NCBI GenBank assembly: GCA_965644295.1
Contig: CBFFRP010000424.1
Span: forward strand, 1 to 64,000
From: Paraphysomonas bandaiensis
Lineage: Eukaryota > Protista > Chrysophyceae
Direction: 5' to 3'
Length of the DNA: 64,000 bases
Shown here: positions 12,711 to 23,560 of the stretch, piece by piece
How positions within the stretch are numbered: the first letter of the stretch is position 1
How the letters are laid out: every line of letters starts with the position of its first letter
Notes under the pieces: generated by a model
What the model was told of the DNA's origin: nothing
What the model saw: only the letters and a program-made list of their open reading frames with translations
Database searches by the model: none
Made by a program: the position numbers and the translations under genes

Positions 12711-12790
12711 TGAAGCACTAGTTGGTAAAATAGCAATGCTAAATTAGCTCTGACGCTTACACGCCTATTACTCATAATCAGACATTCACT
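12711..12790 (+). mobile_element. Tail fragment of LINE 3' module variant A (copia insertion site)
   Basis: Aligns to 6320-6403 (TTAAGCACT...CTGACGCTT.ACGCC.ATT..ATAATCAGAC..TCACT). Confidence 0.65.
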
Positions 12791-13147
12791 GTTGATATGT
12801 ATTGTTTAGCCTGAATTTAGCTATCATCAGTCATCAGTGGTATTTACAATTTACACAAATGGATTAGGGAGTACAATCATAAACAAACTGGGTTTCATCA
12901 TAGGAATAGAAGTAGTGTGTCACGCCAATAATCTTGATATATTAATGTATTTTCAAAGTTTGAATTGATTTATCTACGACGACATCGATATTGATGAGGT
13001 CGCCATCAACAGCAGAGCAAAAATTATGATAATATACTTCAAATTATAATCTCAGATACGTTTGCACAGTATTGCATCATCAAGGCTCATAAACATCAAA
13101 TATCACTAATACTTCTGCAAGTACAGCGGTATATTAATTCTTAAGGA

Positions 13148-13998
13148 TTATTTCTTTTTGTCGCCCAGCAATGATTCAACCCAACCTGTATGGAAATGTG
13201 AATACCTATTATGAAGTGGTTCAGCTTTGAAGTTGTCACTATTTAAATAAGCTGCAACTGAAGGCAGCGCTCGAAACCTCCTTACAAAATCCACAAGAAT
13301 GGGGTATGAATTCAAGCAATTTCTATCAAATGCCAAATGCTGGTCCAGATATTCGTATAAAATAAAGTCGACATAGCAAATGCGTGAACCCAAAACCCAC
13401 GGATTGTTTGCAGATAACACCGAGCTATACATGGAAAGAAAATACGGCAACCTGTCACGAAGGTAAGATAGGCTCAACTCTTTAAACTTGCGCGCTCTAC
13501 TATCGTTGACGCACTGAAATTCACCTAAAATATGAACGTCATCCGTTGGGTCCTGCCATGGTGCGCAGCAGTAAGTAACATCAAAGAACTCATTCATCCA
13601 ATCTCTCAGGCCTTCCATAAGCATATGTGCACGGGCACGATCCGCAGCAGTATCACCATCCAGGCCATGTTTCTCAGCTAAATATCGAAGGATGGCATTG
13701 GTTTGCGTCAGAACCACCACACCATCCTTATAATACGGCAAATTCGGAACCGACAGCCCAATATGCTCTTTCTCTGTATACCATTCGCTTTTATCGTAAT
13801 CTGGCGGCGGACCGACTTGATATCTCTTATCTGTGAAGCCTTCTCCCGCATAATGCAGCAATAAGCGGATAGGTTCACATAAGGCTCTTGTGTTCCTAAC
13901 ATAGATAGCATACACATATGAAATAGACCTCAGATAGATGCATGAACTATACGACTACAACAGGAGTATCTCACTTACCAATATCCAAGCTCTGACAT
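13148..13998 (-). CDS. Glutathione S-transferase, mu-like; intron 13896-13978
   Basis: Spliced N-terminus MSELGYW-NTRAL; mu-loop GPPPDYDKSEW; PNLPYY; LTQTNAILRYLA; YVDFILYEYLD. Confidence 0.92.
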
Positions 13999-14333
13999 GT
14001 TCCTCCAGCACAGAGTGAACTAACTTAGAAGACTTTTATATGATTGTGAGTATCATACTTACCAGAATCATGCATTGTATGTATACCTACATCCTTGTAT
14101 CTATCTATCTATAGTATGAGTACACCCGTACACGGGTACATGTCCAAGTAGCCAGTGATGGACATTGCAAGTATACAGTAGAATACGTCTGTATACCATG
14201 GTCTACATAGTATAATACGTATACCGTATACCGGCATACATGGACTTCTCTATGGATCGTTCTGTCAGTTAAAGCACGCATAGATGCAAAGTTATCATCC
14301 ATATCATTGCAACACTGACCACAGACGTATGCA

Positions 14334-15538
14334 ATGAAGAGTATACTAAGGAAGCAATGCTCCCAAACTATTGGAGGTATATCGTTCAATTTATTCACTG
14401 AAATATGCGAGCGTGGCTCCCCATACTGCTCTGATATCTTATCACCCACACTACTACGTGCTCGCAAGGGATCCATATCACTCTCCATCCCGTATAAACC
14501 CAACTTCTCAGGGAACCCTAATCCAGAGTCAGCACATGGTGGTGTTACTGCCTCTGTAGTTGACCATGCTGGAGGGTTCTGTGCGTGGAGTACTCTCTCC
14601 ACTCCAGGCCAGTTGATGAGAACAGTGGACCTTAGCGTTCAATACATCAAGCCATTGCAGGTTCTTGATGAAGGTAATTCATTTTCTTATAAAATAGAGT
14701 AACTAATTCACTGGCTGTCTATAAGGGCTTATTTGTGACGCTGAAGTCATAAATGTGGGATCCAGCGAAATACGTGTAGATATGATATGCTGGAATTTAA
14801 ACCGAACGAAGAAAATTGCAACGGGTGCGTTAGTGTGGACTTGTAAAAAGTCATGGCCAATGCTTAATGCAACGGTATGTTTTAGGGCGAGGTCTATATT
14901 CTGCCTACGAAAGAAAGAACCGCAGTAAAGTCTTCACTTCTGTTGTCAACCGTTTGTTTGAATGTAACTCTACCGTCTTCATTGGCCAAGGGCTGCTTCG
15001 ACTGTTCAAAGCACTACAACTTAGAAAAAGTGGGCAATACAACTATCGAGTTAATGCTAATGATTTTAAAATATCAAGAAGAAGTCTTGACGATGACCAG
15101 TATAATGGACTTTCGGCTCTAGAATATGCAAAAGAATGCGAAGAGGGCACAGCGTTTGGTCGTGAAGAGCTATTGCTTCGAGTAGCGAGTGTCTCTCGTG
15201 GGAAGTTGGTCGTTGTGCTTCCTTTTAACGAACGATTTGTTGGAAACTATGCAGTGCCGTGTCTCCATGGGGGCGTCGTGGCTGCCCTGATCGACCATTG
15301 TGGAGGATTCTGTGCGCGATCCGTACTGGACAATCCTTCCCAACGCGTGAGCACAGTAGACTTTAGACTGGACTACGTGGTACCAGTTCCTTGCTACGAG
15401 AACATTATTTGTGAAGCAAATGTAATAGCCGTTTCGAATAGTTTAATTAGAAGTGATGTGGTGTGCTGGAATGAGTCCAAAACAGCTAAACTTGTTTTGG
15501 GGCGGTTGCTTTTCAACATATACACCCCGAGGCTGTAG
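14334..15538 (+). CDS. Tandem two-domain PaaI-like hot-dog thioesterase; introns 14674-14725 and 14825-14885
   Basis: Two HGGV.A...DH.GGFCA motifs, each followed by TVD(L/F)...Y; two GT-AG introns keep the frame. Confidence 0.85.
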
Positions 15539-16949
15539 CGCCCATATACTTCTAATTGTACACATATACTAACTGGCACACATGATATGTGTGTTCTTGA
15601 TGTTATTCATATGTATAGCTGATGTGATGTAATTAGATGAGAAGTTTACAGCATTATCTTGCTGTAAATGACTTGTGCAAAAAATGAATAGTTTGAGTGA
15701 TTTGTAAAAACTTTTATTAACTATTTAATCTATTTAAAGTCTTACAATTAACGCAGTTCTTCATGGACATTTGTACTCCGCGCGAAGAACATAACCAAAT
15801 ATCACCGATCTCTTGTCGATTGTGAGAACCATCGCAACTATAATTATCAGTTAGTACGACACTAATCTAAAATACCAGAATGTAATACAAATCGTGAGAT
15901 GCTCAGATATTTAGGAAAGTGTTAAAGTCACAGACTGTTTTAATCTCAATATGAGCTGGGTTGTTTGTCCGCATTGCATCTCATAATATATATAGGCATT
16001 ATATATATATCACAGTTATACATTGGGTGGATCCCATATAGACTCACCTTTGAAAAGCTTTCCCTGTAATCACCCGAGAGTAACCCCATCTCATTAGTAC
16101 GTCAGATCAACCCATGTTCTGTTTTCAGTCATTCACTAGCATCGAATAGTGTGTTATCATCATACGAATACCTCCAGGAAGATTATTGACATATGATTCT
16201 GCGAAAATTTGTGTTACTACGTCATGTAAAAGGAATTATTGTGCAAAAATATAAAAACAAAGCATGGATCAGATAGGCTACAGTATCGACATAGCGATCG
16301 ACCCACGCATTTTGCAGTGAGACGAATGCATATCCGAAGACCGTCGTGAAATGGAGCAATCATCACTTCCATGTGCGCAATACATGTATATAATGCACTG
16401 AGGAGTCATACCTTGCATTAAAACTTCATGTTCCACGCATCCACATAACCAACCACCCCATCACTCGAAAGGCTTCCTCGAGTTGACCATATCTTGCATT
16501 TATAGTGCACGGTTCATCCAGGCACTGATGTTTGAATATGTAGCATTGTGATTGAATTGACTCAGTGCACCACAGCTGTGTGTCCTCTCAAGATATGAAT
16601 ATTTTCAGTTTCCGACAAATATAATCAGCCACATACAACAGTACATATCCAGCAGTACATATCACACACAAGTACATACATATCCACCAGCAAGTACATA
16701 TCCAGCATGTTGCTTCATTAACGGCACATGGAAATCGTTAGCTCCTCTCTGCATGTGTAGAGAAGGATGATAATGGACTGACCAACAATGGGCGTATGTG
16801 TATGATATGTAGAGGGATACTGTTACATACGTAGAGCTGTGTGTACGTGTATGTACCCCTCTGACACACGAGCCTGTACATCAGAGCAGAGTCCACGTAT
16901 CCGCAGGAATAGAAACCAGTGAGCTGTTAGCTCTTGATCTACGCGTGCC

Positions 16950-18000
16950 TTTGATCCACAGTGAATCCGATGTTCACCTTTATAGAAACATGTGGCCGAT
17001 AGGTGGCCCAGACTGAAGTGGTTGCATAGCAGAGATATCGTTCAATCTTATGCATACTCAGAAGCAGCAGCGGCGGTGGGTATATTCGAGGTGAATTGCA
17101 AGTCCATGTTATAGAATATTTAAATATTTTAAACGTCATCACTTACTTAACTAAAGCAGTTTGCTCTATTATCATCACAGAAATCTGATCGATTGATCGC
17201 AAACTGATTCTAGTAAAAACGCCTCTGGATCAGCATCAGACTACGAATTACCTTTTCGAAGATAACATGCATTTCGTTGAGTTGTTAATTGTAAATAATT
17301 GATACCAAATTACGTACTCTATTAGTTATACATTAGCTGTCAACATTGCGGGCTCATGTAATTTCATTCCAGCTTGGCATGCTCCATTTCACTTGGAATT
17401 TGACTTAATACATCAGAACCAAACCCGCAAATGCAAATAGCGGTCAATCATGGCAAATGTGGAGCCCCATCGAGTATCGTGTGTGATTACTTCGAATAAA
17501 AGATCTTACGGGGCTTAGTAGCTATTGGCGGCATACTCAGTCGAATTATCCACCCGACATGATACCCAGTAGAAGTTAACATAATAGCAGCATGATTTAA
17601 TTTTTGACGTGCACAGCCAATGGGTAAACCGAAACGCTTTTGCAACATCGTTTTTATATTGTTTTCGACCTCTAAGTCCAAGGCTCCCATATATTTCATC
17701 AGCGGTGATCTAGAAATAGTACTGAAGCTGGTGTTCTTTCGTGTCAATGGTTTCTCCACAAATAGAAAAGGAGATTTTCCATAATCACCCACTCCAGCCA
17801 GTGCTACGCAGTCCACGCATTAGGTGATACGCTCTACGTATTTATCCATCGACCACCACATTGCTGAGCAACCAAAACGTTATCTTTCCATACATCGCGT
17901 TTGATGGCATGCTGCGAGAGGTTGCTCCACCCATGACTGCTCTTTTGCCTCAGAACACCTTTTTGACAGGGCAATGTTTTGTGAGATTTCATTGCTTTCA
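16950..18000 (-). pseudogene. Degenerate hAT-like transposase
   Basis: BED-like KGVLRQKSSHGWSNL..H, FVEKPLTRKNTS..ISR..LMKYM..L..EVE, IGCA..KLN and HDTRWGSTFAMIDRY (~17430-17485), broken by stops and frameshifts; limits approximate. Confidence 0.75.
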
Positions 18001-18139
18001 ATGCTATATTATAACAACTTTCCAGTGCCAAGTTGGTGGTATTTTTCGATAAATTGATTGAATCTAGCTGGAGTAAATTATAATTGCAACTATGATTTGC
18101 TGTCCCAATTTCAATTATACCAATTCCTGTAGCAATATA

Positions 18140-18163
18140 CCTAACCCTAACCCTAACCCTAAC
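18140..18163. repeat. Interstitial (CCCTAA)4 telomere-like repeat
   Basis: cctaaccctaaccctaaccctaac read directly. Confidence 0.8.
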
Positions 18164-18766
18164 TGTGAGTTTGTATAGCAAGCTTCAATACTAACTGTAT
18201 ATGCGGGAGAGCTATTGTAAAGGTTTATGCCTCATTATCGACAAAATGAGCGTGACAAGTGGGTTCCCGTGACCTGTAGAAAAGCGGAGAGTGTATGTCT
18301 CGAGGTTATTGAAGATGACGCAAGCAAGCACTATGCCTATTAGTATTGGAGGGGAGAAAAGCATTTGAAATTGCGCAGTGAAAATTCAGTCCGAGTACGT
18401 CGTTGATTCATGTGCTGATTTACAGCATGAAACCGTGTTTGAAATGGAAAAAGAAGACCATGCAGGTGAGGTAGTGTTTGATATGCTCGACTTACTGAGC
18501 AATGCTCTCAGTCGTGGTAAAAAGAGAAATGCATCAAAAAAGCTCCAGAGACTCCCGGCTAGTGTCAGGTAATAAGTAGTGGTACTAGAGACTAGAGTAG
18601 TAGAGTGTGTAGCTTTTCTGTTACATGCGCAAGCAATAATAAGAACTAGATGGTACTGTAATGAACTATAAGATTAGGTGAAATTTATATATGGTAAAGA
18701 TTTGTCGTTAATTTGCAGTGCTAATACTATGAAATTGGGATAAAATACCATCATATATATCTGCTC

Positions 18767-21223
18767 TTAATACAGTGATATACCGGTATCACGGACAACG
18801 AAACTGCGAAAATTATCAAATTGGGATAAAATACCAGCATCTTGAAGATGAGAGACTACCAATTGGTCCGTATGGGAAGCATCAATTAAGTGGGAGTCGT
18901 CTCGCATATGTCGGGGCAATACCAATTTTGATACGGTAATATTTTCAACTTTTTGTAGGTAGCGATCACGTAATACATCAGTATTTAACTCTGCGGGCGA
19001 TCGGGCTTCATCAACAATCTGAATGTTATGCACAATATTTTTCTCGCTAATGCTGATACAGAGATCCAACACAAAGCCTGATACAATGGTGTTACGCGAT
19101 ACAACAGCGCTGTGGTATTCCTTGCAAATTTTCTCCTCTATGCTGCGTTCGAATACCTTCATTTGTTCACAGTTGTCTACAGTATCTGATGCTACCAGTT
19201 CTTCTAGTCTAAGAATTATCTCGGTGGCCCGATCAGATAAACTCAACGGCAAGAGTGTATTGTTTGTCTGCATATAGTGCTTAAGTAGCACTAAATTACT
19301 CAGCAAATTCAGTGTGCTATTAGAGTGGTTCCCGCTATTTCTGGCGTCAAGAGCAGTCTCTGCCCCTTCCAATAAACAGTTCAGTAACCCATTCAGGAGG
19401 TCCACAGCATCACTTGGTGTATCATCAGTGACACGCGATAACAGACAATTGATACCAAACAAACCATTACCAGCTCCACTGGTTGACATACCACTCGAGC
19501 ATTTTAATCGATTCAACAGCAAAGTAAGGGCCTGTTGCACTTCTTCCTGCGCTATATCCATGCTTTGAAGTCCATACACAGCATTCCCAATGGTATGACC
19601 ATTCACCGGCAAGTCACAAGAGGAGAGAAGATTTACCAAGTACTGGAGCATATCGCGTACTTCAACGTTTGAGCTGCACATTCCTTGCATCGCATACATA
19701 CCTGCATATATGTGCGCTGGTTCCATATCGGGTAACAACCCAGACTTTGCCCGCCTCAGTAATGATCGTAAAGCAGATCTGACTACTCGATGGTCCGAAG
19801 ACATACGTTGTAGTCCCAGCAAAGCATTTCCAAGACCAAGTGAACTCAGTGGTTCCGTCCGACTTCGTAAATGTGTATTCACGTTTCTACATAACGATGA
19901 GAGCACGGCTGCAACTTCCTCATGGTCAGCATACATGTGCTGCAGTGCGAAGAAACTGTTACCAATAGCCTGGGCACTCATTGGCTCGTCACATGTACGA
20001 ATCTTCTCCGCGAGTTTTGCGAGTACGTCGCGGACGTCGGCATAATGACTACTCATTCGCTTCATGCCATACAGCGCTATGCTGAACTCCTGCGGAGAGA
20101 GTGCATCGGTACACCCCGACAGCTTACTAGCAATTGCTCTCAGCATTTCCCGAACCTCCGGTACATCTGCCGTCATGTTTTGCATACCATACAGAGCATT
20201 ACCAACAGCTTGTGCATCTATCTCCGCACGAGACTGGGCAACCTTTACTGCCAGGACAGCAAGGAGACCCCGCACAGCTTCATTTGAGCTGCTCATGTTC
20301 CGCAACCCGTACAAAGCAATGCCAACTTCTTGAGCATTGAGTATCTTGCGGTAAAATTTCACTTTTCGGGTGATGGTGCGCAATACCTCACATACTTCCT
20401 CGTGATCAGAGCTCATGAGCTGAAGCCCATATAGTGTATTCCCAATTTCACGAGAAGAGAGGTCATATGGGCACGTAGCAGCTTTGCGGCTTAGAGCTCG
20501 CAAGAGCCTTTTGACTTCTTCATGGGAAGCTGTCATACGACGAAGACCAAAAAATGCACTTGCGACTCCCTGAGCATTCAATTCCTCCGAGCAGGTTTCG
20601 ATCTTCGATGCCAACGCGGCCACGACTGCTCGGACTTCGACATGCTCACTACTGCAGGATTTGAGGCCGTAACATGCATTGCTTACCTCTTGGGCCTTCA
20701 TCTCATCCTCGCATTGAACTATATGATCAGCTAGAACAGCCAAGAGTTGTCTCACTTCAACAAATTCACTACTCATATTCTGTAGTCCGTATAAACTGTT
20801 CCCAATACCGCGAGCATCCAACCTTGCCTTTGATGATTTAATTTTTTTAGTGATGGCATCCACTAAATTTAAGACCGCCGGGTCAGAACTCGTATATAAA
20901 CGAAGACCATAGAGTATCTTGGAGGTGTTAAGTACTCCGAATTTCTTATTCTGAGCTCCGAGCCGGTCAGATATAGCAGCCATATGACTCCCATCCAGCG
21001 GCCATCTTTTCTTACAGGAGTAAAACACAAGCTCAGCGATGTTGTGAGTGGTCATTGTAGAGATATGATTGGCAATGTAGAGGTCCATGTCCTTGCGTTC
21101 AGTGTCCTTGGAGTTAAACAGCTCTCGTACAGTCATAGAGGACAAACACCTCATAGAGATGGGCATGACGAGAGACAGGGGCCTCATGGATAACAGGGAG
21201 AGGGAGGAACATGACCGGATCAT
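18767..21223 (-). CDS. 818-aa helical tandem-repeat protein (~13 x 40 aa) with presequence-like N-terminus and RAP-like C-terminus; putative organellar RNA-binding protein
   Basis: Intronless ORF; repeat consensus xAQxVGNALYGLQxMSSxHxEVRxLLxxLAxKIxxCxxxL; first ~30 aa S/R/L-rich with no acidic residues; FERSIEE..GFVLDL..RDRYLQ tail. Confidence 0.85.
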   Translation of the reverse strand: MIRSCSSLSLLSMRPLSLVMPISMRCLSSMTVRELFNSKDTERKDMDLYIANHISTMTTHNIAELVFYSCKKRWPLDGSHMAAISDRLGAQNKKFGVLNTSKILYGLRLYTSSDPAVLNLVDAITKKIKSSKARLDARGIGNSLYGLQNMSSEFVEVRQLLAVLADHIVQCEDEMKAQEVSNACYGLKSCSSEHVEVRAVVAALASKIETCSEELNAQGVASAFFGLRRMTASHEEVKRLLRALSRKAATCPYDLSSREIGNTLYGLQLMSSDHEEVCEVLRTITRKVKFYRKILNAQEVGIALYGLRNMSSSNEAVRGLLAVLAVKVAQSRAEIDAQAVGNALYGMQNMTADVPEVREMLRAIASKLSGCTDALSPQEFSIALYGMKRMSSHYADVRDVLAKLAEKIRTCDEPMSAQAIGNSFFALQHMYADHEEVAAVLSSLCRNVNTHLRSRTEPLSSLGLGNALLGLQRMSSDHRVVRSALRSLLRRAKSGLLPDMEPAHIYAGMYAMQGMCSSNVEVRDMLQYLVNLLSSCDLPVNGHTIGNAVYGLQSMDIAQEEVQQALTLLLNRLKCSSGMSTSGAGNGLFGINCLLSRVTDDTPSDAVDLLNGLLNCLLEGAETALDARNSGNHSNSTLNLLSNLVLLKHYMQTNNTLLPLSLSDRATEIILRLEELVASDTVDNCEQMKVFERSIEEKICKEYHSAVVSRNTIVSGFVLDLCISISEKNIVHNIQIVDEARSPAELNTDVLRDRYLQKVENITVSKLVLPRHMRDDSHLIDASHTDQLVVSHLQDAGILSQFDNFRSFVVRDTGISLY

Positions 21224-21638
21224 GCTATGCTATGCTATGCTATCCTTCTATGGCTATATCACTATATGACTGCATGGTACTGGATGTACATGTCGCAGTG
21301 TAAGTATGGTATGGTACAGCCAAGTGGTACAGCATACAGCAGCGTGGTGGAGTGACACGTACTTCTCGAGCCTAGAATGTACACATATACTTTAGCGCAG
21401 TACAGCATATGTGTACTTGAATGGTGTACCATTCCAGAATCATCATACTGGACTACACTAATGTATACTATGTATTCTACCGCGAATAAGCCAGCTCCTG
21501 GAGAGAATACTTCCATGTGATTGGCTGTAGAGGGGCTGTGTGGTTTCTGGTGTTAAGCATCTCACAATTAAATCCTTTTAACACAACACACAGACGTAGA
21601 GAGCATATCTAACCCTTGTGAGCGTATCTCAACCGGTC

Positions 21639-23255
21639 ATGGAAGTATCTGGAGAAGATTTAAATCCTTACAAAGTGTTTGAGAAGCGTGTGAAGGCTCA
21701 TAAGCATGTGTGTGAGGCTGTGTGCGGGTCACAGACAGTCATCGACTTATCCTCACCGGAAGACTATTCATGTGTTACAGAGACAGCTCGCATTAATTTT
21801 ATGGGCTCTGAACGATCTGTGTATGGGTTCAAAGATCACGATGGACTGTATGTTATCACTGGCGCTCTTCCCGTATGGGCTCAACTTGAAGCCGCTCACT
21901 TTGCTCTCTCGCAGTGTCCTGAGTACCCAAATTCCACTAACCTTGGACCTAGTGAGGTATATGACTAGCTACATTCTATTCAATATCATCAGCGGGATAT
22001 ATTCAGGCGACAGGGATATGGGACAAAAACAAGTCTATCTTGGATTCAGGTAAAAAGTGGAAGGAGCAAATGGTGGACCTACGCACTTCTGAATTGGGGC
22101 ATCTACGGTGGTCAGCTCTAGGTACAACCTTTATAGATTTTGTTCGCATGAATAAAATGCTTTGTATAATTTTGTGTAGTTTTACTAAGTTTTGGATAGG
22201 CTATCAGTACGAGTGGACGTCGCGAACGTACCCCCAGACAAGTCCTGCGGAAGAAAGTAGTGATTCTCATGAAGTGCCCCAGAGATTTCCACCGGCTTTA
22301 TCACACTTGATTAAGGAGCTTGTTAATGCTCTGCCGATGTCTGGCATGCTTTTAGAGCCTGAGGCTGCTATTGTGAATTACTATGTGGTAGGTTTGATGT
22401 AAAATTTTCACCTCGCCACTCTTATATTCGCCTTGCCGCACTGTGCGTACAGCCGGGGAAGATTATGGGAGGACATGTAGATAATGCTGAGTTGACTCAT
22501 GAACACCCTGTAGTATCCCTGTCCATTGGGCGACCTTGTGCCTTCCTTGTTGGTAAGTATTAATACTTTATGCAGTAGTGATGCCGTAAATTGTGTTTCG
22601 ATATCTGTGGATCACTTGTACATGTGTGTAGTGGCTGTGTGTAGCAGCTCTTATGATTACTCATTATCAATAATGTCCATTTTGTAGCACAGTGCAGTGT
22701 TGTATTGTATGGTGTAAGGTGTTGTTGGTATGATTCTGTAAAAAGTGCTGCAATCGCACAGGTGGCACAACCAAGGACGAGACCCCTATTTCGATTCTTC
22801 TTAGATCTGGGGATTGTGTAATTCTGTCCGGTGGATCACGCTTGCGTTATCATGGCGTGGGTCGCGTTTTTGACTGTCCGTTCGCTCCTCGGGTAAGAAA
22901 AGATCCTGGATGCAATTCAGAGTGCATGGACATTTGCACTTCCATATGTGGTCCTGAGAGCTTTGAACATATGCGCACTGATAAAACCTACTCCAAAATT
23001 AATGTTCATAGATATCTCGCGGGCATGAGGTGTCGTGATCTGGTGCTTCAGGCAGAAAAATTCGAAGATAGTCACTTATACAATGAATGCAAGGAGCAGT
23101 CCGATCCTCATCATAATGTTAGCCGGTGCACAGATTGCGGAGTAGATTTAGTGGACAGCAGGGAGGTTGAAAGAGTTGTAAAATTTTTGGAGTTCTCAAG
23201 AATTAATATTAATGTTAGACAAGTATTTCCATCTGGACACGATACCAAGAAGTGA
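21639..23255 (+). CDS. ALKBH1: AlkB homolog 1-like Fe(II)/2OG dioxygenase, multi-exon
   Basis: LRWSALG|YQYEWTSR, PEAAIVNYY, MGGHVD (HxD), VVSLSIG, LRSGD, YHGV, RININVRQV across about four GT-AG introns; exon limits approximate. Confidence 0.88.
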
Positions 23256-23385
23256 TTATATGTTGAGATAATTGTTATGCTGAATGGAAAAAGAAATGTA
23301 ATAGCATGTTATCGTGATTATTAAAAGGTGGATGAAATTCCTCGTAGATAGCTTTCCTCCTTAATACATAGACAGACATTTTACT

Positions 23386-23560
23386 TAGTGAATGTCTTAT
23401 CATTTACAATAGGCGTGTAAGAGTCAGAACTAATGTAGCAAAACAACTTAACTAACTAATGCTTAACTCTGATATCGCTACCAAGGTGCAACCACTTTCG
23501 CTATCTCGCTCCAGGCAAGCTCAGCGAGCAGGCAGAATATAGCTGACATCTGCTGACTTC
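23386..23560 (-). mobile_element. LINE 3' module variant A with internal deletion
   Basis: Reverse complement aligns to 6185-6403 (GAAxTCAGCAGATGTCAG start; GCTACATTAGTTCTGAC..TTA.ACGCC tail). Confidence 0.75.

Noticed and set aside
15740-16170. CDGSH iron-sulfur protein (CDGSHN on the minus strand)
   Set aside because: Upstream CxC..S..P residues and a stop-free gene model could not be assembled.
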